Source of the DNA: Elusimicrobiota bacterium
Lineage (GTDB): Bacteria > Elusimicrobiota > Elusimicrobia > Elusimicrobiales > Elusimicrobiaceae
Reading direction: 5' to 3'
Length of the DNA stretch: 27,444 nucleotides
Assembly: GCA_031259485.1 (NCBI GenBank)
Contig: JAIRLH010000096.1
Coordinates: forward strand, 1 to 27,444
Shown: one piece after another, positions 8,242 to 16,347 of the stretch
Layout: the number at the start of each line of letters is the position of its first letter
Position numbering within the stretch: position 1 is the first letter of the stretch
The notes under the pieces: generated by a model
What the model was told of the DNA's origin: nothing
The model's input: the letters and a program-made list of their open reading frames with translations, nothing else
Database searches by the model: none
Position numbers and translations under genes: made by a program

Positions 8242-8609
8242 TGCAAATCATAAACATAGGCATTGATATAGAGGAAGTGGCCCGAATAGCGCGCCTCAAG
8301 AAAGCCGCGCTTGCCCGCGTGTTTACAGAGACCGAACTTGCCTACAGCCTGCCCAAAAAAAACGCCGCTCAGCACTTGGCGGCGCGCTTTGCGGCAAAGG
8401 AAGCAATTTTTAAAGCATTGCCTTTTGACGGCGTCGCTCTCAAAAAAATAGAGATTGTAAAGGATAAAACCGGCAAACCGCTGGCCATACTGCACGATGC
8501 GCGGGCAAAGGACATAGGGCTCAAAATATCGCTTTCCCATACACGGAAATACGCTGCGGCTTTTGCGGTTTCGTACAGAATTTGCCGTTTAAAAAAATGC
8601 AAAAAATAA
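8238..8609 (+). CDS. acpS: Holo-ACP synthase (4'-phosphopantetheinyl transferase)
   Basis: GIDIEEV, LAARFAAKEAIFKAL, GKP, ISLSHT; start at 8238 or 8241. Confidence 0.94.
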   Translation: MMQIINIGIDIEEVARIARLKKAALARVFTETELAYSLPKKNAAQHLAARFAAKEAIFKALPFDGVALKKIEIVKDKTGKPLAILHDARAKDIGLKISLSHTRKYAAAFAVSYRICRLKKCKK

Positions 8610-9463
8610 ATAAGGCTTTCGTCAAAAAACATTTCCCCGCGCGGCCGGCGGATTCCTATAAAAATCTCAACGGGCGCGTGCTTATTGTGGCCGGCTCGGC
8701 CGATATGCCGGGCGCGGCCGTGTTATGCGCGCGCGCGTGCTTTGCGGCGGGCGCTGGGCTCGTTACGCTTGCCGCGCCGCACGCCGTATATAATGCGGCG
8801 GTTAATGCCGTTCCTCAGGCAATTATTTTGAAAATGCCGCAAAGTGCGCGCGCAGCTATGGCAAAAATAATTGCCCGCAATAAAAGTGTTCCGCATGATT
8901 TGATGCTTATAGGCCCGGGTTTGGATGAGAGCTGGGCAGTCATGACTTCGTACCTGCTTGACAAAACCAAATTGCCGGCGGTCATAGATGCCTCTTCTTT
9001 AAACGCGCTTGCCGCGGCCGGCGCTGATAAGCTGGCAAAAGATATTCCTCATATTCTAACGCCGCATAAGGGTGAAATGCGTCGTTTGCTTGGCGGGCCC
9101 GCAAATGCGGCAAGCGCAGCCGAACTGGCCCAAACAACCGGCGCGGTTTGCCTGCTCAAAGGCCCGGGCACTATAGTCAGCGGCGCAGGCATAACTATGC
9201 GGAATACTACGGGCAACAGCGGGCTTGCCAAAGCCGGCAGCGGTGATATTTTGTCCGGCATTATCGCCGGAGTTTGGGGTCAGCTTATTCATGTTGAAGA
9301 CAGCCGCCGGTTGCAGCAAAAAGCCTTTGACGCCGCCGCCGCCGGCGTCTGGTTGCACGGCGTTGCGGCGGACGCGGCAGTCAAAAAAATAAGCAAAAAT
9401 TCGCTTGCGGCGGAAGATATTCTGGCCGCCCTGCCTTCGGCAATGAGGCAAATAACCGGATAA
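8597..9463 (+). CDS. nnrD: ADP-dependent NAD(P)H-hydrate dehydratase (stand-alone YjeF C-terminal domain)
   Basis: GRVLIVAGS..MPGAA, IGPGL, ILTPHKGE, LKG, AGSGDILSG, LHG; no epimerase domain; ATG at 8597 preferred over the ORF-track start at 8582. Confidence 0.9.
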   Translation: MQKINKAFVKKHFPARPADSYKNLNGRVLIVAGSADMPGAAVLCARACFAAGAGLVTLAAPHAVYNAAVNAVPQAIILKMPQSARAAMAKIIARNKSVPHDLMLIGPGLDESWAVMTSYLLDKTKLPAVIDASSLNALAAAGADKLAKDIPHILTPHKGEMRRLLGGPANAASAAELAQTTGAVCLLKGPGTIVSGAGITMRNTTGNSGLAKAGSGDILSGIIAGVWGQLIHVEDSRRLQQKAFDAAAAGVWLHGVAADAAVKKISKNSLAAEDILAALPSAMRQITG

Positions 9464-9474
9464 AATTATAAAAT

Positions 9475-10365
9475 ATGACTATGCTAATATTCCTCGTATT
9501 TTTAATCGTGCTTTTGGGTGCTCTGGTTTTAGTTTATATCGCCTATAAAGAAAGCGGGCGCATAATAAACCGCTGCGGCGGGCGCAAGCCGCTTGCCGCG
9601 TACCCAGACCAGTTTAAAGTCCCTTTTGAAAACGTGATTTTTAAAAATTCCGACGCAATAACGCTGAAAGGCTGGTTCATACCCGCGCCGGAGGAAAGCA
9701 AAAAAACCATAATCCTTATGCACGGGTGGAATATGAACAAAGGCAGCATAATGCCGGCCACGTTATTTCTGCGCGAGAGCGGCTACAATTTATTTTATTT
9801 TGACTTCCGCTCCTGCGGAGAAAGCGGTGACGGCAAAACCTCAGTCGGGTATCTTGAAACGCGGGACGCAGAAGCCGCGGTTGAAACTCTGCTCAAAACG
9901 CGGCCCGAGCGATCGCATGAAATCGGCCTTTACGGTATTTCTATGGGCGCGGCGGTCGCGGTTTACACGGCGGCGCATACTCCGCAGGTGCGCGCCGTAG
10001 TGGCCGAGGCCTGTTATTATTCTTACGAAAAGGTCGTCGCAAGATGGGCGAAAGAACATAAATCCGCGCCGTACTTCCCGCTTGTGGCTTTAACTTTGTT
10101 CTTCGTGCGAAAACGTTTGGGCATGGATCCGGAGACTTTCAGCCCGCGCCATAATATTAAAAAACTGTGCGGTAAAGCTGTGTTTTTAATCAACGGGGCG
10201 GATGATGCCTTAGCGCCGCGCCACGACGCGCGCAAACTCTTCGCCGCCGCCGCCGAACCTAAGCAATTATGGATTGTGGCCAATGCCGCGCACACGGAAG
10301 CGGCCGAAGTCGCCGGCCGCCAGTACGAAAACAAAATCGGGCAGTTTTATACGAAATACGTATAA
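9475..10365 (+). CDS. Membrane-anchored alpha/beta hydrolase (serine aminopeptidase S33-like)
   Basis: N-terminal TM anchor, LMHGW, FDFRSCGESG, nucleophile elbow GISMG, acid NGADD, His in AAHT. Confidence 0.88.
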   Translation: MTMLIFLVFLIVLLGALVLVYIAYKESGRIINRCGGRKPLAAYPDQFKVPFENVIFKNSDAITLKGWFIPAPEESKKTIILMHGWNMNKGSIMPATLFLRESGYNLFYFDFRSCGESGDGKTSVGYLETRDAEAAVETLLKTRPERSHEIGLYGISMGAAVAVYTAAHTPQVRAVVAEACYYSYEKVVARWAKEHKSAPYFPLVALTLFFVRKRLGMDPETFSPRHNIKKLCGKAVFLINGADDALAPRHDARKLFAAAAEPKQLWIVANAAHTEAAEVAGRQYENKIGQFYTKYV

Positions 10366-10425
10366 TTTTATACCGACGGTCCCGATGCCGACGTATTATA
10401 TTAATAAAACAAAAAAGGAGTTATT

Positions 10426-11097
10426 ATGAGGCAAAGCAAACACATTTTCCCTTTAGCAGTATTGGCGCTGGCGTTGCTGGCGGGATGCGCTACCCCCTCA
10501 ACACCTGATGCCAAAACGCTGGGAGTAACTTCCGCGCATTATAATAAAGATTTTGCCAAAACAACGCGCGGGCTTGTAATATTCGGAGCGACGAATGAAA
10601 TTAATGAACTCGGCAATATGTGGTTTAACGCGGAACTGTATGACAGCAATAAAAAACGTTATTGCGTAGCGAGTATTCCTAACCCGCATACGCCGGCAGC
10701 CCTAATGCTGCCGGAAGGCGAATATTATTTTGACGACATGAAAATTTCAAGCGGTAATTCATATATGAACTTCGGCAAACGCTTTCGTGTCGCTTTTAAA
10801 GTTAATAAAGGCGAAGCCGTTTATATAGGGCATTTTTATTTGACGGGGGAAAGAAACAAAAAAACAGGTAAAACAAAAATTGCGCGTTTTTTAGAAGCAA
10901 CCCCGAACGTCTTCCAAATCAACGGGAAAGTTATAGACGACTCGCAGATTATACGGAAAACGCTTGAAAAAATCGGCCAAGAAACAGGCAGCCATATAAC
11001 GACTAGATTAGCGACTCTGGTGGACACAAAACCCTACATAATGCCCAAAAGCATTGAAGAAGCCGCCGCGCAGGCAAAAGAACGGGAGGAGAAATAA
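10426..11097 (+). CDS. Hypothetical lipoprotein
   Basis: Lipobox LAG|C (Cys21), AAGGAG RBS, beta-rich body. Confidence 0.75.
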   Translation: MRQSKHIFPLAVLALALLAGCATPSTPDAKTLGVTSAHYNKDFAKTTRGLVIFGATNEINELGNMWFNAELYDSNKKRYCVASIPNPHTPAALMLPEGEYYFDDMKISSGNSYMNFGKRFRVAFKVNKGEAVYIGHFYLTGERNKKTGKTKIARFLEATPNVFQINGKVIDDSQIIRKTLEKIGQETGSHITTRLATLVDTKPYIMPKSIEEAAAQAKEREEK

Positions 11098-11490
11098 ATG
11101 AAAAATATTAAATATGTTTTCACTTTGCTGATTTGTCTGTCGTTTACAGCCTGTGCCGCATCAAGAGGCAGCAGTTATCTTTCAAGCGCGGCAAAAGCGC
11201 AGAAACAAATAGCCGCGCGTAATTTGGGCCGGCAAGCTACCAAAGACGCGGTTGAAAGTTATTGGGGCGCGCCCGCATTTGCGTCCCAAACCCCGCAGGG
11301 TACCCGCGCAGAATACGAATATGTTAAGGTGTCGGAAAGCCCGCTGAAAGTAATCCCCATATTGGGTTTTGCTTTTAGCGACAACTACAGCTATAAACGC
11401 AACTTATTAGTATATGACTATGATACAAGCGATAATGTTATAGACTACGCCATAATAAGCGATGGTGGCGCTTATCCTCCTAAAATATAA
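11098..11490 (+). CDS. Small lipoprotein, SmpA/BamE/OsmE-like fold suspected
   Basis: Lipobox FTA|C (Cys19), TKDAVESYWGAP..EYEY resembling the TKxxVxxxLGxP motif; TAA-ATG coupling to the upstream gene. Confidence 0.65.
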   Translation: MKNIKYVFTLLICLSFTACAASRGSSYLSSAAKAQKQIAARNLGRQATKDAVESYWGAPAFASQTPQGTRAEYEYVKVSESPLKVIPILGFAFSDNYSYKRNLLVYDYDTSDNVIDYAIISDGGAYPPKI

Positions 11491-11547
11491 TCAAGTTCGG
11501 AATTTTAGCAAAATCCTTTTATTAAAGGTTTTTAAAGCGTATATCTG

Positions 11548-11784
11548 TTATAACCGCCTCTCCAAGCTGTTAATGTCGCTTGCAGCGGCGACATATATGC
11601 CGGTGCGCAGATAAAACAAATTATCGGCGTTTTCCAAACTCTTAGTCATAATAATCGTGTTTGCAACTCTGCTTCTTAGAACCGCTTTTTTATGCTGCGC
11701 TATTGCGACGGCGGCCAATATTCCAATGATGAGAACCGCTGCCAGGACTTCAATTAAAGTAAAGGCCTTTTTATTGGGGGACAT
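11548..11784 (-). pseudogene. Truncated type IV pilin-like ORF (78 aa, N-terminal helix only)
   Basis: KKA|FTLIEVLAAVLIIGILAAVAIAQHKKAV aligns with the N-terminus of the 410-892 pilin but stops before the globular domain; GAGG RBS present. Confidence 0.65.
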
Positions 11785-11801
11785 TTGTTTAACCTCGCAA
11801 G

Positions 11802-11834
11802 CTTTAGTATAAACCGCTATTTTTTATACTAAAG
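11802..11834. promoter_or_regulatory. 12-9-12 inverted repeat in the divergent pilin/gcvT intergenic region
   Basis: CTTTAGTATAAA-CCGCTATTT-TTTATACTAAAG; function inferred, not shown. Confidence 0.3.
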
Positions 11835-11902
11835 TATTAGCATTTTTGCAATGACGATAATAGCCGCAAAAATAAAATGCTTTCTAATTGCGGCAAAGAC
11901 AG

Positions 11903-11931
11903 GTGCAATGGTAGAAAAAATACTATATAAT
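11903..11931 (+). promoter_or_regulatory. Possible sigma70 promoter for gcvT-gcvH
   Basis: Perfect TATAAT (11926-11931) with a weak -35 GTGCAA 17 nt upstream. Confidence 0.3.
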
Positions 11932-11966
11932 CTAAATATATATTGTTTAAGGAGTTTCCCAACCCT

Positions 11967-13046
11967 ATGGAACACACAATAAGAAAGACCGCGCTTTACG
12001 ACGCCTGCGTAAAATCTGGCGGCAAGATGGTTGATTTCCACGGCTGGCTGCTGCCCATGCAGTTTGAAGGCATCATAGCCGAGCATAAAGCCGTAAGGGA
12101 AAACGCCGGCATGTTTGACGTCTCCCACATGGGCCAGATTTTTTTTGAAGGCGCAGACGCTCATAAACTGCTTCAGACCGTAGCCACCAATAATTTCAAA
12201 AACACGACCGGCGCGGGCGCGTATTCGCACGCGCTTAACGAAAGGGGCGGCGTGGTGGACGATATTATCGCCTTCTGTATGACGCCGCAGAAGTTTTTGG
12301 TCGTAGTAAATTCGGCCGCGAAAGATAAGGATTACGCGTGGTTTGCAAAAATCGCCGAAGAGGGCAAATTTAACGCGAAGGTAGTTGACGCTTCCGATAA
12401 TTACGCTATGCTTGCGTTGCAGGGCCCCAAAGCGCTGGATATCCTGACAAAACTTGACGCGGATATAAAAAATCTGCCGCGCTTTAACATAAAAGAAGCC
12501 AAAATATTAGGCGGCGACGTGATAATCACCCGCACCGGCTACACCGGCGAGGACGGCTGCGAAATCATGGGCCCCGCCGACGTGATGAATAAACTTTTTG
12601 ACTGGGCCCTGCAAAACGGCTTTAAACCCTGCGGACTGGGCTCGCGCGATATTTTGCGTTTTGAAGCCGGCTATCTTTTGAGCGGCAGCGATATGGACGA
12701 AACCAGAACGCCTTACGAGGCTTCCTTCGGCTGGGTCGTAAAAATGAACAAAGACGTTGATTTTATCGGCAAACCCGCGCTGATCAAACAAAAAGAAGAA
12801 GGCATAAAAGAAAAATGGCAGGGCTTTAAGCTGGACGGCGGCATTGCGCGCGAGGGAGCTTTGATTTACAAAGACGCAAAGCAAATCGGCAAACTGACCA
12901 GCGGCGTGTTTTCGCCTTTGTTTAAGGCTATTTGCGCGGGCTACGCTCCGGCTGACTTGCCCGAAGGCTCCGAAGTTGAAATTGAAATACGCGGCAAAAT
13001 GGTTCCGGCAAAATCGGTCAAAATGCCGTTTTACAAAATCTTATAA
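11967..13046 (+). CDS. gcvT: Glycine cleavage system aminomethyltransferase T
   Basis: GGKMVDFHGWLLPMQF, GMFDVSHMG, LALQGP, TRTGYTGEDG, GLGSRDILRFEAG; AGGAG RBS before the ATG at 11967. Confidence 0.97.
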   Translation: MEHTIRKTALYDACVKSGGKMVDFHGWLLPMQFEGIIAEHKAVRENAGMFDVSHMGQIFFEGADAHKLLQTVATNNFKNTTGAGAYSHALNERGGVVDDIIAFCMTPQKFLVVVNSAAKDKDYAWFAKIAEEGKFNAKVVDASDNYAMLALQGPKALDILTKLDADIKNLPRFNIKEAKILGGDVIITRTGYTGEDGCEIMGPADVMNKLFDWALQNGFKPCGLGSRDILRFEAGYLLSGSDMDETRTPYEASFGWVVKMNKDVDFIGKPALIKQKEEGIKEKWQGFKLDGGIAREGALIYKDAKQIGKLTSGVFSPLFKAICAGYAPADLPEGSEVEIEIRGKMVPAKSVKMPFYKIL

Positions 13047-13072
13047 ATCTAAAAAAGAAGCGAGGTATCAAA

Positions 13073-13447
13073 ATGTACAATCAGGAAAACTGTAAGTTTG
13101 CAAAAACCCACGAATGGGCCTTTATTGAGGGGGACACTGCCGTCGTGGGCATAAGCGACCACGCCCAGCACGAAATAAGCGATATCGTTTTTGTTGAACT
13201 GCCCAAAGTTGGCGCGAAGGTTGAAGCCGGCAAAAGGGCCGCGGTGATAGAATCAGTAAAATCCGCGTCGGATATTTACGCCCCCGTATCGGGCGAGGTT
13301 ATTGCCGTCAATGACGCTCTTACCGGCGACCCTGCCCTCGTCAACAAAGCTCCGCACGGCGAAGGCTGGATATTTAAAGTCAAAATGTCCAATCCCGCGG
13401 AAGCAAATTCGCTGGCGTCTTTTGCGGATTATAAGGCAAGTTTATAA
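13073..13447 (+). CDS. gcvH: Glycine cleavage system H protein
   Basis: KTHEW, VGISDHAQ, lipoyl-Lys motif ESVKSASDIYAPVSGEV, GWIFK. Confidence 0.97.
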   Translation: MYNQENCKFAKTHEWAFIEGDTAVVGISDHAQHEISDIVFVELPKVGAKVEAGKRAAVIESVKSASDIYAPVSGEVIAVNDALTGDPALVNKAPHGEGWIFKVKMSNPAEANSLASFADYKASL

Positions 13448-13495
13448 ATAATTTTGGTAAAATAAATTTAGTAGTAAAAAATGGTCGTTAATGTT

Positions 13496-13566
13496 GTAAT
13501 ACCCGCGAGAGGGTATCTAGGCTGGAGATGTAAACGGATTCCCGATTAAGACTTTTGGGAATGACA
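13496..13566. repeat. dRS3-like (GTCATTCCC...GGGAATCC) REP doublet
   Basis: Degenerate left unit GTAATACCC-GCGAGA-GGGTATCTAG (13496-13520) and inverted right unit GGATTCCC-N13-GGGAATGACA (13536-13566). Neisseria dRS3 is ATTCCC-N8-GGGAAT. Confidence 0.6.
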
Positions 13567-13583
13567 AAAATTGTTTAAGCAAC

Positions 13584-13735
13584 GTTTTTGGGTGTTCCGC
13601 GCAAGCGGAACCCGCTTTTGAGAAATCAAAAGCTCGAGTTAGACCTAAAAACAGTCCGTTATTAAGCACAAGACGCGGAGGGTAGCTCCCCGAGTGTCTT
13701 GTGCTGAATGTTTGCCGTCCGTACGGACGGCAAAC
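13584..13735 (+). ncRNA. Candidate structured RNA, copy B (3' part lost at the fold)
   Basis: P1 13584-13592/13644-13652, P2 13594-13611 (GCAA loop), P3 13614-13633 (GAAA loop), P4 13665-13674/13696-13705, P5 13710-13735. Shares AAAAACAG, CGTTATTA, CCCCGA and GTTTGCCG with copy A. Confidence 0.5.
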
Positions 13736-13861
13736 ATTCAGCACAAGACACTCGGGGAGCTACCCTCCGCGTCTTGTGCTTAATAACGGACTGTTTTTAG
13801 GTCTAACTCGAGCTTTTGATTTCTCAAAAGCGGGTTCCGCTTGCGCGGAACACCCAAAAAC
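13710..13861 (-). ncRNA. Mirror of structured element copy B
   Basis: Reverse complement of 13584-13735. Confidence 0.45.
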
Positions 13862-13878
13862 GTTGCTTAAACAATTTT

Positions 13879-13949
13879 TGTCATTCCCAAAAGTCTTAAT
13901 CGGGAATCCGTTTACATCTCCAGCCTAGATACCCTCTCGCGGGTATTAC
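13879..13949. repeat. Mirror of the dRS3-like REP doublet
   Basis: Reverse complement of 13496-13566. Confidence 0.55.
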
Positions 13950-13997
13950 AACATTAACGACCATTTTTTACTACTAAATTTATTTTACCAAAATTAT

Positions 13998-14372
13998 TTA
14001 TAAACTTGCCTTATAATCCGCAAAAGACGCCAGCGAATTTGCTTCCGCGGGATTGGACATTTTGACTTTAAATATCCAGCCTTCGCCGTGCGGAGCTTTG
14101 TTGACGAGGGCAGGGTCGCCGGTAAGAGCGTCATTGACGGCAATAACCTCGCCCGATACGGGGGCGTAAATATCCGACGCGGATTTTACTGATTCTATCA
14201 CCGCGGCCCTTTTGCCGGCTTCAACCTTCGCGCCAACTTTGGGCAGTTCAACAAAAACGATATCGCTTATTTCGTGCTGGGCGTGGTCGCTTATGCCCAC
14301 GACGGCAGTGTCCCCCTCAATAAAGGCCCATTCGTGGGTTTTTGCAAACTTACAGTTTTCCTGATTGTACAT
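13998..14372 (-). CDS. gcvH: Glycine cleavage H protein (mirror copy)
   Basis: Identical translation to 13073-13447. Confidence 0.95.
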   Translation of the reverse strand: MYNQENCKFAKTHEWAFIEGDTAVVGISDHAQHEISDIVFVELPKVGAKVEAGKRAAVIESVKSASDIYAPVSGEVIAVNDALTGDPALVNKAPHGEGWIFKVKMSNPAEANSLASFADYKASL

Positions 14373-14398
14373 TTTGATACCTCGCTTCTTTTTTAGAT

Positions 14399-15478
14399 TT
14401 ATAAGATTTTGTAAAACGGCATTTTGACCGATTTTGCCGGAACCATTTTGCCGCGTATTTCAATTTCAACTTCGGAGCCTTCGGGCAAGTCAGCCGGAGC
14501 GTAGCCCGCGCAAATAGCCTTAAACAAAGGCGAAAACACGCCGCTGGTCAGTTTGCCGATTTGCTTTGCGTCTTTGTAAATCAAAGCTCCCTCGCGCGCA
14601 ATGCCGCCGTCCAGCTTAAAGCCCTGCCATTTTTCTTTTATGCCTTCTTCTTTTTGTTTGATCAGCGCGGGTTTGCCGATAAAATCAACGTCTTTGTTCA
14701 TTTTTACGACCCAGCCGAAGGAAGCCTCGTAAGGCGTTCTGGTTTCGTCCATATCGCTGCCGCTCAAAAGATAGCCGGCTTCAAAACGCAAAATATCGCG
14801 CGAGCCCAGTCCGCAGGGTTTAAAGCCGTTTTGCAGGGCCCAGTCAAAAAGTTTATTCATCACGTCGGCGGGGCCCATGATTTCGCAGCCGTCCTCGCCG
14901 GTGTAGCCGGTGCGGGTGATTATCACGTCGCCGCCTAATATTTTGGCTTCTTTTATGTTAAAGCGCGGCAGATTTTTTATATCCGCGTCAAGTTTTGTCA
15001 GGATATCCAGCGCTTTGGGGCCCTGCAACGCAAGCATAGCGTAATTATCGGAAGCGTCAACTACCTTCGCGTTAAATTTGCCCTCTTCGGCGATTTTTGC
15101 AAACCACGCGTAATCCTTATCTTTCGCGGCCGAATTTACTACGACCAAAAACTTCTGCGGCGTCATACAGAAGGCGATAATATCGTCCACCACGCCGCCC
15201 CTTTCGTTAAGCGCGTGCGAATACGCGCCCGCGCCGGTCGTGTTTTTGAAATTATTGGTGGCTACGGTCTGAAGCAGTTTATGAGCGTCTGCGCCTTCAA
15301 AAAAAATCTGGCCCATGTGGGAGACGTCAAACATGCCGGCGTTTTCCCTTACGGCTTTATGCTCGGCTATGATGCCTTCAAACTGCATGGGCAGCAGCCA
15401 GCCGTGGAAATCAACCATCTTGCCGCCAGATTTTACGCAGGCGTCGTAAAGCGCGGTCTTTCTTATTGTGTGTTCCAT
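14399..15478 (-). CDS. gcvT: Glycine cleavage T protein (mirror copy)
   Basis: Identical translation to 11967-13046. Confidence 0.95.
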   Translation of the reverse strand: MEHTIRKTALYDACVKSGGKMVDFHGWLLPMQFEGIIAEHKAVRENAGMFDVSHMGQIFFEGADAHKLLQTVATNNFKNTTGAGAYSHALNERGGVVDDIIAFCMTPQKFLVVVNSAAKDKDYAWFAKIAEEGKFNAKVVDASDNYAMLALQGPKALDILTKLDADIKNLPRFNIKEAKILGGDVIITRTGYTGEDGCEIMGPADVMNKLFDWALQNGFKPCGLGSRDILRFEAGYLLSGSDMDETRTPYEASFGWVVKMNKDVDFIGKPALIKQKEEGIKEKWQGFKLDGGIAREGALIYKDAKQIGKLTSGVFSPLFKAICAGYAPADLPEGSEVEIEIRGKMVPAKSVKMPFYKIL

Positions 15479-15660
15479 AGGGTTGGGAAACTCCTTAAAC
15501 AATATATATTTAGATTATATAGTATTTTTTCTACCATTGCACCTGTCTTTGCCGCAATTAGAAAGCATTTTATTTTTGCGGCTATTATCGTCATTGCAAA
15601 AATGCTAATACTTTAGTATAAAAAATAGCGGTTTATACTAAAGCTTGCGAGGTTAAACAA

Positions 15661-15897
15661 ATGTCCCCCAATAAAAAGGCCTTTACTTTAATTGAAGTCC
15701 TGGCAGCGGTTCTCATCATTGGAATATTGGCCGCCGTCGCAATAGCGCAGCATAAAAAAGCGGTTCTAAGAAGCAGAGTTGCAAACACGATTATTATGAC
15801 TAAGAGTTTGGAAAACGCCGATAATTTGTTTTATCTGCGCACCGGCATATATGTCGCCGCTGCAAGCGACATTAACAGCTTGGAGAGGCGGTTATAA
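15661..15897 (+). pseudogene. Truncated pilin-like ORF (mirror copy)
   Basis: Identical to 11548-11784. Confidence 0.6.
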
Positions 15898-15954
15898 CAG
15901 ATATACGCTTTAAAAACCTTTAATAAAAGGATTTTGCTAAAATTCCGAACTTGA

Positions 15955-16347
15955 TTATATTTTAGGAGGATAAGCGCCACCATCGCTTATTATGGCGTAG
16001 TCTATAACATTATCGCTTGTATCATAGTCATATACTAATAAGTTGCGTTTATAGCTGTAGTTGTCGCTAAAAGCAAAACCCAATATGGGGATTACTTTCA
16101 GCGGGCTTTCCGACACCTTAACATATTCGTATTCTGCGCGGGTACCCTGCGGGGTTTGGGACGCAAATGCGGGCGCGCCCCAATAACTTTCAACCGCGTC
16201 TTTGGTAGCTTGCCGGCCCAAATTACGCGCGGCTATTTGTTTCTGCGCTTTTGCCGCGCTTGAAAGATAACTGCTGCCTCTTGATGCGGCACAGGCTGTA
16301 AACGACAGACAAATCAGCAAAGTGAAAACATATTTAATATTTTTCAT
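15955..16347 (-). CDS. Small lipoprotein (mirror copy)
   Basis: Identical to 11098-11490. Confidence 0.65.
   Translation of the reverse strand: MKNIKYVFTLLICLSFTACAASRGSSYLSSAAKAQKQIAARNLGRQATKDAVESYWGAPAFASQTPQGTRAEYEYVKVSESPLKVIPILGFAFSDNYSYKRNLLVYDYDTSDNVIDYAIISDGGAYPPKI

Noticed and set aside
11785-11966. Glycine riboswitch upstream of gcvT
   Set aside because: No GGAGAG/CCGAAG/CUCUCAGG motifs; the region is AT-rich and promoter-like.
465-12884. Many 60-245 aa alternative-frame and antisense ORFs overlapping the real genes (e.g. 2994-3731, 4808-5392, 7036-7656)
   Set aside because: They are shadow ORFs of well-conserved genes with no motifs or RBS support.
13690-13755. Resemblance of TGTGCTGA/TCAGCACA to the phage N15 telRL site
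   Set aside because: The motif orientation is opposite to telRL, the segment is explained as the P4 stem of the repeated element, and no protelomerase is in the window.
13517-13928. 75-aa ORFs at 13517-13744 (-) and 13701-13928 (+) spanning the apex
   Set aside because: Their starts are created by the palindrome, they run antisense through the structured element and REP units, and they show no recognisable protein features.
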